Shown here in pieces: positions 48,893 through 59,084 of a DNA stretch of 64,000 nt (the first letter of the stretch is position 1; each line of letters begins with the position of its first letter). The translations under genes were made by a program, and so were the position numbers. Under the pieces are notes generated by a model. That model did no database searches. It saw only the letters and a list, made by a program, of their open reading frames with translations, and was not told the DNA's origin. Origin of the DNA: Rhodocyclaceae bacterium (GTDB lineage: Bacteria > Pseudomonadota > Gammaproteobacteria > Burkholderiales > Rhodocyclaceae); the NCBI GenBank assembly GCA_036504515.1, contig DASXVA010000007.1, positions 100,031 through 164,030 on the forward strand. The letters run 5' to 3'.

Positions 48893-49897
48893 ATGACAGT
48901 TCTGATTTCGATTTGCATACCAACATATAACGGCGAGAAGGTATTGCCTGAGACGTTGGACAGTATCTTGGGGCAGATTCTGGACGGGATGGAAGTGATC
49001 CTATGCGATGATGGTTCATCCGACAGAACCCTGGAGATTGCGCAGCGCTATGAGGCAAGCCATCACCAAGTAAAAGTATTTCAGAACCCTTGCAACCTAG
49101 GTATGGACCGGAATTTTGCTCAGTCTGTACAGCACAGCACTGGTAAGTATGTCTGGTTCTCAGGGCAAGATGATATCTTCGAACCCGGTGCGGTTGCCAA
49201 GGTATTCCAGGTACTGAATCAGCGTCCGGATTTGGGAATGATCTATCTGAATTACCGGTTCTTGAGTGGGGATTTGTCACGTACCGTGGCTCCGCCGCTA
49301 CTCGATATGTCTGCCGACCAAGTATTCCACGGCGCAGCTGAGTATTTCAAAGCCATCGACCATGCGCCCAGTTTCCTACCTGCTACCGTCATGCGTAGGA
49401 ATTTCTGGGATAAAGTGCCGATCGATCAGTTCTTCGGAACGCACTATGTGCAAGTCGCGGTCTGGCTGTATAACGCTCGCGATTCTGAAATCTATGTGAT
49501 CGCAAGTCCAGACTTCATTTCCTGCAGAATGCCGGAAGAGTCCTGGAAATTCACTGGTGGGAAGATGTTGTTCGAAATCTTCACCGGGAAATTTTTTGTC
49601 TATAAAACAATACACTTACTCGGCGACGACTATGTTCCGGCACGAATTTCTAACTGGTTTGAAAATGACTATTTCCATCGATATTTTAGGAAGTTGGTAG
49701 TACTCAAGTCCATGGGGCTGGAGGTTACGTCCGAACATCGGCGTCGGGTACGTGCAGTTGCGCATGGTCCGTTCCATTTCTACTGTTGCTTGTTGCCGGC
49801 GCTGCTAGTGCCAAACTGGCTCGCGAGTGCGATCATGCGTGTGCATTCATGGATTCGGCGCCGTGACCCTGGTGCAACTCAACCTTTAGTGTATTAA
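48893..49897 (+). CDS. Family 2 glycosyltransferase
   Basis: ISICIPTYNGEKVLPETLDSILGQ and CDDGSSD (DxD-type) motifs. Confidence 0.82.
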   Translation: MTVLISICIPTYNGEKVLPETLDSILGQILDGMEVILCDDGSSDRTLEIAQRYEASHHQVKVFQNPCNLGMDRNFAQSVQHSTGKYVWFSGQDDIFEPGAVAKVFQVLNQRPDLGMIYLNYRFLSGDLSRTVAPPLLDMSADQVFHGAAEYFKAIDHAPSFLPATVMRRNFWDKVPIDQFFGTHYVQVAVWLYNARDSEIYVIASPDFISCRMPEESWKFTGGKMLFEIFTGKFFVYKTIHLLGDDYVPARISNWFENDYFHRYFRKLVVLKSMGLEVTSEHRRRVRAVAHGPFHFYCCLLPALLVPNWLASAIMRVHSWIRRRDPGATQPLVY

Positions 49898-49909
49898 ACC
49901 GTTTTATTC

Positions 49910-50689
49910 ATGAGACTAAAAGACATTGCTCGTACGGTAACGCCGCCGCTTATATGGAACGGACTGCGCCGCTTTCGGCAGCGCGATAGAGGATGGTTTG
50001 GCGATTATCCGGATTGGGCGCATGCGCTTGAGCACGAAGAGGGTTACGCGACCGACGAGATTCTTGAGCGCATGAAAGATGTGCATCTTAGGTTGCAATC
50101 TGGTGAACTGTCGGAAAAACCGGACCCCAACCTACTCGGCTATCTCCTGTTGGCCACAACAATTCTGAAACCGATGCGGGTGATGGATTTCGGTGGCAGT
50201 CTAGGGCGGCAGTATTTCAGAGTGCGAAATCTGCTGGACCTCGGCTGCCACTACACATGGGGCATCGTTGAGCAGGATAACTTTGTGCAGTATGGTAATC
50301 AGTTTTTCGCCAATGAACAGTTGCGGTTTTACGGGGATGCAGCCACTTGCATGGCAGCCGAGTTGCCGAACGTCCTGCTGGCATCAAACGCTCTGCAGTA
50401 CTTCAGCGATCCGTATGCCCAGCTTGATATCCTTTTGGGAGGGGGCATCGACTACGTGATCGTACATGACCTGCCGGTGAGCCTGACAGGGAAAGAGCGC
50501 ATCACTATTCAAAGGGTGGACCCAAATATCTACAAGGCAACATTGGCGTGCCGACTGTTTTCTGAGGCCAACTTACTTACGTACTTTACCGAACGTGGCT
50601 TTCGTCTGTTGCATTCCTACCGGACTGCAATGCATGACGTATGCGATTTTCGCGGCTATGTATTCAAACGTCGGTGCGATGCGGTCTAG
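49910..50689 (+). CDS. Putative methyltransferase (LIC12133/TIGR04325-like)
   Basis: WFGDYPDWAHALEHEEGYATDEILERM N-terminus, VMDFGGSLG SAM-binding-like motif and SNALQY. The family call is from memory of the pattern only. Confidence 0.6.
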   Translation: MRLKDIARTVTPPLIWNGLRRFRQRDRGWFGDYPDWAHALEHEEGYATDEILERMKDVHLRLQSGELSEKPDPNLLGYLLLATTILKPMRVMDFGGSLGRQYFRVRNLLDLGCHYTWGIVEQDNFVQYGNQFFANEQLRFYGDAATCMAAELPNVLLASNALQYFSDPYAQLDILLGGGIDYVIVHDLPVSLTGKERITIQRVDPNIYKATLACRLFSEANLLTYFTERGFRLLHSYRTAMHDVCDFRGYVFKRRCDAV

Positions 50690-50690
50690 T

Positions 50691-51710
50691 ATGGATCTGC
50701 GGCCATCGGCCCATTGGCTCGGAGGAATCAAGAATTGCTGCAGACGGTATGCCTTCGTGCGTCTAGGGTGGGAGGTCATTCGGGTTCCGTATCGCATCGT
50801 AGCCTTGCATCTTCATTTGGCTCGGGCGGTGGCTTCTGGGTCAGTCAAGGCAGCCACAGGTAAGGTCGAAATTTGCAGAGACCAAGCACTGGCAAGCGAT
50901 GTAGGGGGCGATGCGCATCCCATGCGTTTTCCGCTGTTTACCTTGGCCAGAACACCTGATCAAAGAAAGCAGGTCTTTCGCGCGACATATCGCGGTTCAG
51001 AGGCCTGTTATTCCGTGAATTTTATACGCCACGCCACCAACATTACCTTTGTAAATAGTTATGCGGAAATCCCTTCACCTGTGTTTCTTTGTATTGTGCA
51101 GGCAGTCTTGCGACGATTAATCTGGACCTCATCAATTCGGTCTCAGAGAAACATCACAAGTTATGCTTCATTCATGCGTACTGATGCCATGGATGAGTAT
51201 GTCGCGGAACTGACCTGCGGTGCGGAAGCCTACCGCGCCAGCCTAGGGAAGAAAACACGCTTCAACACTAGGTATTATTGGGACCGGCTGCAGGCGGACT
51301 TTCCCGGTATCACAGCGTTACCTTTTGACAGGGGGGAGTTGGCACATGGTGACTTTGCTCACTTCGTGTCCCTGGTGGAAAAGCGGTATCCCGGTGGATA
51401 CTGGAGCGGATTCCTACCGGAACCGGTCTTCACTCTATTTCGGGAGAATGTGGTCGGGCTGATTGTGAGAAACCAGGGGAAGCCGATCGCATTTAACATC
51501 TTCTATCGTCATGCGGATGATCTTATATTCACCGGCAATGTTTTTGATGACAGCTATGACAAGTACAGTCTGGGGTTTGTCACTACGTACATGTCGATTA
51601 TCCAGGCCGCTAAACAAGGAATTGCCAAAGTTATTCTTGGGGGGGGGGATTTTGGTTACAAATCAAGACTCTCAACTGCCAGTCGGCCGGTTAGCGAGTC
51701 CTTCATGTAG
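50691..51710 (+). CDS. GNAT/FemAB-like acyltransferase (Acetyltransf_6/CelD-like)
   Basis: The C-terminal half resembles CelD/BioF2-like GNATs (GKPIAFNIFYRH...YDKYSLGFV). Start chosen just after the upstream stop. It contains a G10 tract at 51639-51648. Confidence 0.55.
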   Translation: MDLRPSAHWLGGIKNCCRRYAFVRLGWEVIRVPYRIVALHLHLARAVASGSVKAATGKVEICRDQALASDVGGDAHPMRFPLFTLARTPDQRKQVFRATYRGSEACYSVNFIRHATNITFVNSYAEIPSPVFLCIVQAVLRRLIWTSSIRSQRNITSYASFMRTDAMDEYVAELTCGAEAYRASLGKKTRFNTRYYWDRLQADFPGITALPFDRGELAHGDFAHFVSLVEKRYPGGYWSGFLPEPVFTLFRENVVGLIVRNQGKPIAFNIFYRHADDLIFTGNVFDDSYDKYSLGFVTTYMSIIQAAKQGIAKVILGGGDFGYKSRLSTASRPVSESFM

Positions 51711-51744
51711 TCGCGGATCGCTGAAGCTGGAACAGTTGAAGTAA

Positions 51745-53103
51745 ATGACGATTGTTGTACAGATCCCTGGCGGTGGGTGGCAGGCAGAAAAACGCTATGT
51801 CGCGGAATGCGTGTTGCGGAATTTTCTAGGCATTAAGGACTTTAGCCTGTGCGTGGGTGAGCCCGACGAATGGGTGCTGTTTGATAGTTCTATTGGTGAT
51901 ACAGCGCTTCGCCTTCGCCTGCCAAATTTATTCTTCCCTGAGGAGAAGCCGGCGATATATCTGACACAGTTGCACTTAGACGCATGGGGTGTGAGGAGCC
52001 AAACGTTGCCGGCGGTCATGATCGGCATCCAAGGATACCCGGCCGATGATATTCCATTGGTCTTTGTTAGGCAGGAATGCCGCAATGTTTCAGACATTGA
52101 TCTATTCGGCACAATATTTTTTTATCTAACTCGCTACGAGGAATACGTATTAGGTTCCGGTGATGAATTAGACCGCTTCGTGTCCCACCAGTCGGTTGTG
52201 AGAGCATTCCATGCTCGACCGGTCGCAGATGAGTATGTCTGGCTGATCCGATATCTGTTAGAGCGGAAATTGCCGGGGATACTGCTGGCACAACCAGAAT
52301 ACTCTCTAGAAGTGAGCCATGATGTCGATATTCCACATTCCTGGGTAGGAGCTAATGCTGGAACTTTGGTTCGCACGGTAGCCCGCCGGCTGCTAAAGGA
52401 GGCTTCGCTGCGCGGAGCAGTGCGATCGCTCCGGTCATATTGGAATACCAGTCATGATCCGGCATACTGTTTTGACTGGATGATGGATAAAACCGAGGCT
52501 CTAGGACTGCAGGCGACTTATTACTTCTTGGTCGGTGGGACGCATCCCCTTGACGTCAACTATGAAATTTCGGCAAAGCCGATCGCGACTTTGCTGGATT
52601 CCGTGGCAACCCGTGGGCATGCGATAGGGCTACATGGCAGCATAGAAAGTGCCTATGACGAGTCTTTAATGCGAACAGAAGTGCAAGCGTTGGAGGCAGC
52701 GACTGGATATTTGGTGCATAAAGTGCGGCAACACTACCTGCGGTTTTCCGTACCTACCACATGGCGCATCATTGAGGCTGCTGGATTGACCGATGATGCC
52801 ACCTTAGGATTTGCGGACCGAGCGGGATTCCGGTGCGGTTCAGCACGGCGCTTCCCGGTGTTCGACGTTTGCACAGCAGCATCAATTCCTGTTTTCGAGA
52901 CCCCGTTGATCTGTATGGAGCACTCGCTTCTTGACCCTGCTTACCAGGGCCTCGCACCTGACCAAGCCTATGAGTACTCAACGCGACTGGTGGATCAGGT
53001 CAAGGCCTACGGCGGGAATTTTTCACTGCTCTGGCACAACCACAACTTGGTGACAGAGGTGCAACGGGATCTATTCCAGCAGATACTTAAATATGCGTCT
53101 TAA
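51745..53103 (+). CDS. Two-domain protein with C-terminal polysaccharide deacetylase-like (CE4) fold
   Basis: 452 aa. SHDVDIPH and HGS... segments are consistent with a NodB-like metal site. The N-terminal domain is of unknown function. Confidence 0.55.
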   Translation: MTIVVQIPGGGWQAEKRYVAECVLRNFLGIKDFSLCVGEPDEWVLFDSSIGDTALRLRLPNLFFPEEKPAIYLTQLHLDAWGVRSQTLPAVMIGIQGYPADDIPLVFVRQECRNVSDIDLFGTIFFYLTRYEEYVLGSGDELDRFVSHQSVVRAFHARPVADEYVWLIRYLLERKLPGILLAQPEYSLEVSHDVDIPHSWVGANAGTLVRTVARRLLKEASLRGAVRSLRSYWNTSHDPAYCFDWMMDKTEALGLQATYYFLVGGTHPLDVNYEISAKPIATLLDSVATRGHAIGLHGSIESAYDESLMRTEVQALEAATGYLVHKVRQHYLRFSVPTTWRIIEAAGLTDDATLGFADRAGFRCGSARRFPVFDVCTAASIPVFETPLICMEHSLLDPAYQGLAPDQAYEYSTRLVDQVKAYGGNFSLLWHNHNLVTEVQRDLFQQILKYAS

Positions 53104-53114
53104 AGGAACTAACT

Positions 53115-54197
53115 ATGAGTGAGGCCCTAGGTTTTGCATTGGTCGGGTGTGGGCGGATCGCAAAAAAACATGCAGATATTCTGGCCGAAGGCTTGGTTAA
53201 TTGCGCCAGGCTTGCCGCGGTCTGCGATTGCAGGGAAGATCGAGCCAAGAGCTTTGGGGAGAAATACGGGGTGCCGTGGTTCCTCGATATGCATGAAATG
53301 ATGAAATCACTGCAAGTCCAAATTGATGTAGTGAGCATTCTTACCGAAAGCGGCAACCATGCGAAGCACACGATTGCTCTAGCACCTTACGGGAAGCATT
53401 TAGTGGTCGAGAAGCCGATGGCTCTGACTTTGGATGATGCAGATTCAATGATTAAAGCCTGCGACGATTCAGGGGTAAAACTCTTTGTCGTAAAGCAAAA
53501 CCGTTACAACCTGCCTATACAAAAGGTGCGGGAAGCGGTAGAGGCTGAGCGTTTCGGTAAGATGGTCATGGGTACAGTGCGGGTGCGTTGGTGCAGACCT
53601 CAAGAATACTATGACCAAGACGCCTGGCGCGGTACCTGGGCCATGGATGGCGGTGTTTTCACAAACCAAGCGAGCCATCATGTAGATATGTTGGAATGGA
53701 TGCTAGGTGATCCGGTATCGGTGTTTGCCAAATCAACCACTGCCCTTGTCGACATTGAAGCCGAGGACACAGGGGTTGCGGTGATCACTTTCCGTAATGG
53801 CGCATTGGGAATTGTTGAGGCCACTACAGCCGTCCGACCAAAGGATCTGGAGGGCTCACTTTCTCTTATAGGCGAAAAAGGAACAATCGAGGTAGGAGGT
53901 TTTGCGTTAAATCAGATGAAGACATGGAACTTCGTCGATGCGGCGGAGGGCGATGGCGAAGTGCTGGAAAAATATCGTCAGAATCCGCCCAATGTCTACG
54001 GGTTCGGCCATGTGGCCTATTTGGCCCATGTGGTGGACGTTATCTGCAACGGTAAGCGCTGCCTGATTGACGGCTTGGAGGGACGCAAATCACTGGAATT
54101 GATCTCCGCTATATACGAGTCGATTGAGACTGGACAGGAGGTATTTCTCCGCTTCAAGTCCAAGAAATCGCGCCTAGGCAAGAAAGCTGTGCAGTGA
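53115..54197 (+). CDS. Gfo/Idh/MocA-family NDP-sugar oxidoreductase (WbpB-like 3-dehydrogenase)
   Basis: [13 protein letters not shown] Rossmann N-terminus and VEKPMAL motif, 360 aa. Followed by an acetyltransferase and an aminotransferase. Confidence 0.78.
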   Translation: MSEALGFALVGCGRIAKKHADILAEGLVNCARLAAVCDCREDRAKSFGEKYGVPWFLDMHEMMKSLQVQIDVVSILTESGNHAKHTIALAPYGKHLVVEKPMALTLDDADSMIKACDDSGVKLFVVKQNRYNLPIQKVREAVEAERFGKMVMGTVRVRWCRPQEYYDQDAWRGTWAMDGGVFTNQASHHVDMLEWMLGDPVSVFAKSTTALVDIEAEDTGVAVITFRNGALGIVEATTAVRPKDLEGSLSLIGEKGTIEVGGFALNQMKTWNFVDAAEGDGEVLEKYRQNPPNVYGFGHVAYLAHVVDVICNGKRCLIDGLEGRKSLELISAIYESIETGQEVFLRFKSKKSRLGKKAVQ

Positions 54198-54832
54198 AGA
54201 GCGTTCAGATCGCTTCCACGTCAGTTGTGCGGGATGGGGTGCGCTTCAAAGGCAATGCTTTGGTTGAGGATTTCTGCATCATCGGCGCCCCATCTGCAAA
54301 TGCTGGTGCAAATTTCTCCGAGACAATAATCGGCGACGATGTAGTCATTCGATCGCACGTGGTGATCTACGCAGGTAATCATATTGGAAACCAGGTCCAT
54401 ATCGGCAACAAAGCCAATATTCGGGAATCGAATCAAATCGGTGATCGCGTCAGCATTGGTACTCTGAGTGTGGTGGAACACCATGTGGTCATCGAGGATG
54501 ACGTGCGTATCCATAGTCAGGTTTTCGTGCCGGAATACTCAGTACTAAAAAATGGAGCATGGTTGGGGCCCAATGTAGTCCTGACCAATGCAAAATACCC
54601 TAAGTCACCCGGTACCAAAGCCGGCCTTCGCGGTGTGGTGATTGAGGAAGGTGCAAAGATCGGCGCTAATGCCACAATCTTGCCGGGGGTGGTGATCGGC
54701 CGCAACGCTCTGGTCGGGGCCGGCGCGGTGGTTACCCAAAATGTGCCTCCGAATGCCGTGGTAGCTGGCAATCCGGCCCGCGTCATCAACCAAATCGAAA
54801 ATCTCCCCTATCCCGCGGATAACCAAACATGA
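54194..54832 (+). CDS. Left-handed beta-helix (hexapeptide) N-acetyltransferase (WbpD-like)
   Basis: Repeated [LIV]-G-x4 hexapeptides ([31 protein letters not shown]...). Confidence 0.8.
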   Translation: MKSVQIASTSVVRDGVRFKGNALVEDFCIIGAPSANAGANFSETIIGDDVVIRSHVVIYAGNHIGNQVHIGNKANIRESNQIGDRVSIGTLSVVEHHVVIEDDVRIHSQVFVPEYSVLKNGAWLGPNVVLTNAKYPKSPGTKAGLRGVVIEEGAKIGANATILPGVVIGRNALVGAGAVVTQNVPPNAVVAGNPARVINQIENLPYPADNQT

Positions 54833-55938
54833 CACCAAACACTATTCCGCTCGTGAATCTGAAAGCTCAGCATCGCAAACTCAGATCACGCCTGCTCTCG
54901 ACGATTGAGGATGTCATAGACAGCAGCGACTTTATCCAGGGGCGATACGCAGAAATGTTCGAGCGCAGTTTCGCGAGCTTGCTGGGTACCCCTCATGTTG
55001 TTGGATGCAGTAGCGGAACATCAGCTCTTTCTTTGGCACTGGAATGTTCCGGTGTTGGTGAGGGTGCTGAAGTTATTACGGTAAGCAATACCTTCTTTGC
55101 CACTGCTGAAGCGATCTGCAACGTTGGTGCTACCCCGGTCTTTGTTGATGTCCACCCGGGCACCTACACCATGGATCTGGACGCGATGGAAGCCGCAATC
55201 ACTCAGCGAACGCGAGCAATTATCCCGGTGCACCTGTTTGGCGTTCCCTGCGACATGCCGGCCATTATGGAAATCGCAGTCCGTCATGGACTGATAGTAA
55301 TCGAAGATTGCGCCCAGGCACACCTTGCCTCTTATAAGGGAAAGTGTGTCGGTACCTTCGGTAATTTCGGGGGGTTTAGTTTCTTCCCGGGCAAAAACCT
55401 TGGTGCGCTTGGAGATGCCGGCTGCATCACGGTGCAGCGCGATGAAGATGATCTTGTGCTACGCAAACTGCGCAACCATGGCCGCATTGGAAAATACGAA
55501 CATGATATGGTGGCCTACAACCACCGCATCGACGGACTACAGGCGGCGGTGCTGTCGGTCAAGCTCGAGTTTTTGGAGGAGTGGACTGCACGTCGTATTG
55601 CTAACTCGGGGTTGTACGACCGAGCACTGGATTGCCTCGGGGTCAAGCGCATCCAGCCACCATCCGCGGGCCGCACTGTTTACCATCTGTATGTCATCGA
55701 AGTGGACGACCGTGACCGTCTACTACAGGCATTCCAGGGGCAGAACATACAGGTTGGCGTTCATTACCCACTGCCTTTGCACTTGCAACCAGCTCTTAAG
55801 TCATTCGGGAAGGGCGCTGGTAGTCTACCGGTGACCGAGCGGGCAGCGCAACGGATGGTTAGCCTGCCCATGTGCCCGGAGTTGACTCAAGAGGAAATTG
55901 AGCGGGTGGTAGACGTGGTTCGGCAGTTTGTTTCCTGA
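54829..55938 (+). CDS. DegT/DnrJ/EryC1/StrS-family PLP aminotransferase (WbpE-like)
   Basis: ATGA overlap with the upstream gene. [23 protein letters not shown] and [10 protein letters not shown] (PLP lysine) motifs. Confidence 0.85.
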   Translation: MTPNTIPLVNLKAQHRKLRSRLLSTIEDVIDSSDFIQGRYAEMFERSFASLLGTPHVVGCSSGTSALSLALECSGVGEGAEVITVSNTFFATAEAICNVGATPVFVDVHPGTYTMDLDAMEAAITQRTRAIIPVHLFGVPCDMPAIMEIAVRHGLIVIEDCAQAHLASYKGKCVGTFGNFGGFSFFPGKNLGALGDAGCITVQRDEDDLVLRKLRNHGRIGKYEHDMVAYNHRIDGLQAAVLSVKLEFLEEWTARRIANSGLYDRALDCLGVKRIQPPSAGRTVYHLYVIEVDDRDRLLQAFQGQNIQVGVHYPLPLHLQPALKSFGKGAGSLPVTERAAQRMVSLPMCPELTQEEIERVVDVVRQFVS

Positions 55939-55944
55939 AAATCG

Positions 55945-57165
55945 ATGGGATACCGTTTCGTCAAGATTTCGAGCTATTACGATGCATTCCTGGCGCAGTA
56001 TTACACACGCCATCCAGCATCGGGAGCCCTGCCTTATGACGATCAGCATCACCATCTGATGGCACAAGGGTTCGCTTGGGCAGATCATATGGCACGTGCG
56101 CTCCAGCCTTTGGGCGTCGAGGCCTGCGAGATTGTGGAGAATGCACTACCGTTGCAGCAGACTTGGGCGAGAGAGCACGGGTTGCAAGATCTTTCGCCGC
56201 TCGACCTTCTCGTTGCGCAGGTCCGACACATGGGCGCCGAAGTTGTTTTTGTCCAAGACCCCCTGCGTTTCCCGCGGGGCTGGTTGCGGCACCTTCGATC
56301 CGAGGTGGCGAGCCTGCGATTAGTAGTCGGTTGGCTATGTGCGCCCTATGACGATCAGGCACTGGATATCCTGCGTGAACTGGACTTCGTCATGACATGC
56401 ACCCCCGGCTTCTTGGAGCAGTTCCGAAGTCAAGGCCTGCGCACTTTTCATGCCTACCACGCCTTTGCACCGCGCATGCTGGAACAGATGGACGACCAGC
56501 CGCCCTCGCTTGAGTGCGAACTGGTGTTTGTCGGTTCGTTGTTCGCCGGGCAAGCGTTCCATGATGACCGGGCTATGATACTCAGCCACCTCCTCGCACG
56601 CGACGTTAATGTGCAGATTTATGGCCAGATCTCAGAACCATCGTTCCTGAAAAATGCATTCAAGGCAGGCATGCTGGCAATGACGGAAGCTGTGCCGGGG
56701 CTGGATCGACTACAGATAACCAGCGCTTTAGCCACCAGGATCCTTCGCTGGCGTGATTCGGTTAGTACGGTGCGATTCCCCAGGGCTCTCAAGAAAAGGA
56801 TCCACCCGCCCGTGTTCGGCCGTGAAATGCTGCGCGTGCTGCAAGATGCGAATCTAGCCTTTAACAGCCATATCGGCGTGGCTGGGCAATATGCCGGCAA
56901 TGTCCGGCTGTTTGAGGCTACCGGTGTGGGCACCTGCCTGCTCACTGACTGGAAGGAAAATTTAGGTGACCTTTTCTCAGAGGACTGTGAGGTTGTGACG
57001 TATCGGTCGGCTCAGGAATGTGTGGAGAAGGCCCGATGGCTGGTCGACAATCCAGAGCAGGCAAGGCAGATTGCAGCGGCCGGCCAAGCACGCACCCTGC
57101 GTGACCATACTTTTGAACGACTGGCGGGGCAGATCGACGCCCATGTCCGAGCTTGCATGCCATGA
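55945..57165 (+). CDS. CgeB/DUF3880-like glycosyltransferase
   Basis: A 406 aa soluble protein. The C-terminal part resembles a GT1-type fold (FEATGVGTCLLTD...). Weak call from pattern memory. Confidence 0.5.
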   Translation: MGYRFVKISSYYDAFLAQYYTRHPASGALPYDDQHHHLMAQGFAWADHMARALQPLGVEACEIVENALPLQQTWAREHGLQDLSPLDLLVAQVRHMGAEVVFVQDPLRFPRGWLRHLRSEVASLRLVVGWLCAPYDDQALDILRELDFVMTCTPGFLEQFRSQGLRTFHAYHAFAPRMLEQMDDQPPSLECELVFVGSLFAGQAFHDDRAMILSHLLARDVNVQIYGQISEPSFLKNAFKAGMLAMTEAVPGLDRLQITSALATRILRWRDSVSTVRFPRALKKRIHPPVFGREMLRVLQDANLAFNSHIGVAGQYAGNVRLFEATGVGTCLLTDWKENLGDLFSEDCEVVTYRSAQECVEKARWLVDNPEQARQIAAAGQARTLRDHTFERLAGQIDAHVRACMP

Positions 57166-57178
57166 CTGAAACTCAACT

Positions 57179-57976
57179 ATGAGCCAAAGCTCTACACAAT
57201 GTTCGTGCCGTGCTTGTGGTGAGGCTGCCCGCTATCTATTTAATGGTCGATTGCTAGGCCAGCTGGATGTGAGATATTTTGAATGTACGGCCTGTGCCTA
57301 TGTCCAGACTGAAGAGCCGTACTGGCTTGATAAAGCGTATTCCCGTGCCATTACGACTAGCGATACAGGGATCATGGTGCGCAATCAATATAACGCTCGT
57401 CTGGTGCTGGCGACGTTGCATTTGCTGGGGGGGCTAAACGGCACGGTCGTGGATTATGCTGGCGGCTATGGCATCTTAGTGCGTATGCTGCGCGACCTAG
57501 GAGTCAACGCGCTGTGGGCAGACAGGTATTCGGAAAACCTACTCGCTTCTGGCTTCGAGTACCAGGGTGACACAGCGCAGTTGGTAACTGCCTTCGAGGC
57601 CTTTGAACATTTTGTCCAGCCCAGGGAAGAACTGACTGCTTTGCTATCTGTTGCACCGAATGTGCTCATTTCCACCGAGATCGCACCAAGTCCCACCCCA
57701 TTGCAAAAGGACTGGTGGTATTACGGACCAGAGCATGGACAGCACATCGGGTTCTTCCGCGTAGAAACGCTCCATCAACTGGCGAGGTTGCATGGGAAAC
57801 GGCTGGTGACGGATGGGCGGTTCTACCATCTATTCACCGACCAGCCGCTGAGACTCTGGAAATGGCGCTTGACGCGCAAGATCATATCTAAACTGCCAAG
57901 TCTGCTGGCGTGCCGCCTTAAATCCAAAGTCTGGTCCGATCACCAACATATTATCGATAGATCGACCACTGCATAA
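57179..57976 (+). CDS. Class I SAM-dependent methyltransferase with N-terminal Cys4 zinc ribbon
   Basis: CSCRACG...CTACAY zinc-ribbon pattern, then VVDYAGGYGILV motif I. Confidence 0.7.
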   Translation: MSQSSTQCSCRACGEAARYLFNGRLLGQLDVRYFECTACAYVQTEEPYWLDKAYSRAITTSDTGIMVRNQYNARLVLATLHLLGGLNGTVVDYAGGYGILVRMLRDLGVNALWADRYSENLLASGFEYQGDTAQLVTAFEAFEHFVQPREELTALLSVAPNVLISTEIAPSPTPLQKDWWYYGPEHGQHIGFFRVETLHQLARLHGKRLVTDGRFYHLFTDQPLRLWKWRLTRKIISKLPSLLACRLKSKVWSDHQHIIDRSTTA

Positions 57977-57988
57977 CTGAAAGCTACC

Positions 57989-59080
57989 ATGATCCCAGTT
58001 TCAACCCCCTCTATCTCTCAATCTGAGTTGGATTACGTCAGTGATGCAGTTAGGTCAGGTTGGGTGTCCTCCCTGGGGACATACATCGATGCATTTGAGA
58101 GCCGCTTTGCGGCATATTGCGGGACGAAATATGCGCTTACTGTATCGAACGGAACAGTTGGCCTACACCTAGTGCTGGTGGCTTATGGAGTCGGAAGCGG
58201 CGACGAGGTCATCGTGCCGGACCTGACCTTTGTAGCTACCGCGAATTCTGTCCGCATGGCGCAGGCTATACCCGTGATGGTGGATGTCTGCAGGGATACC
58301 TACTGCATTGATCCGGAGCAAGTTCTGCGTGCCATCACACCGCGTACCAAAGCCATCATGCCAGTGCATCTGTATGGCCACCCAGCCAATATGGCTGCGC
58401 TGCGTGAAATTGCCAGAGAGCATCGACTTCATCTGATAGAGGACTCGGCAGAGGCGCATGGTGCTTCCATTGATGGAATCCGTGCCGGAGCCTTGGGCGA
58501 CTGCGGGGTGTTCAGCTTTTATGGCAACAAGATTATCACGTCTGGTGAGGGCGGGATGATCACCACCGATGACGAATCACTGTACCAACGTCTCAAGTAT
58601 CTACGCGACCATGCTATGTCAAAGGAGGTTCGCTACTGGCATACGGAGGTTGGCTACAACTACCGTATGACCAATATGCAGGCTGCGCTTGGATTGTCGC
58701 AGCTTGAGCAGATTGACCATTTCATTGCACGACGGGCCGAACTGCTGTTGCAATACCGGAGCCTGCTCGAGCCGTATGGTATCGAATGCAACCCGGCTGT
58801 GTGTGCGAAACCAGTGAACTGGATGACCTGTGCGGTCGTCGAGGATCTGGGGCGTGAGCGGCGAGACAAGGTCATCTCGCTTATGCGTGTAGACGGGGTA
58901 GATGCTCGCCCGTTCTTCTTTCCTGTGTCCCGTCTGCCCATGTATGGGGGCAGGATTAATCCAGTGTCCCGGGTGCTGTCCGAGAACGGGCTCAACCTGC
59001 CGACGTATGTCGATCTGACCACCGAGCAGGTCAGCGAAGTATGCACTACGTTTCTGAAAGCACTTGATGGCGTCAGATAA
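57989..59080 (+). CDS. DegT/DnrJ/EryC1/StrS-family PLP aminotransferase (LegC/PglE-like)
   Basis: TVSNGTVGLHL, IMPVHLYG, EDSAEAHG and FSFYGNKIITSGEGG (PLP lysine) motifs. Confidence 0.85.
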   Translation: MIPVSTPSISQSELDYVSDAVRSGWVSSLGTYIDAFESRFAAYCGTKYALTVSNGTVGLHLVLVAYGVGSGDEVIVPDLTFVATANSVRMAQAIPVMVDVCRDTYCIDPEQVLRAITPRTKAIMPVHLYGHPANMAALREIAREHRLHLIEDSAEAHGASIDGIRAGALGDCGVFSFYGNKIITSGEGGMITTDDESLYQRLKYLRDHAMSKEVRYWHTEVGYNYRMTNMQAALGLSQLEQIDHFIARRAELLLQYRSLLEPYGIECNPAVCAKPVNWMTCAVVEDLGRERRDKVISLMRVDGVDARPFFFPVSRLPMYGGRINPVSRVLSENGLNLPTYVDLTTEQVSEVCTTFLKALDGVR

Positions 59081-59084
59081 CGGC

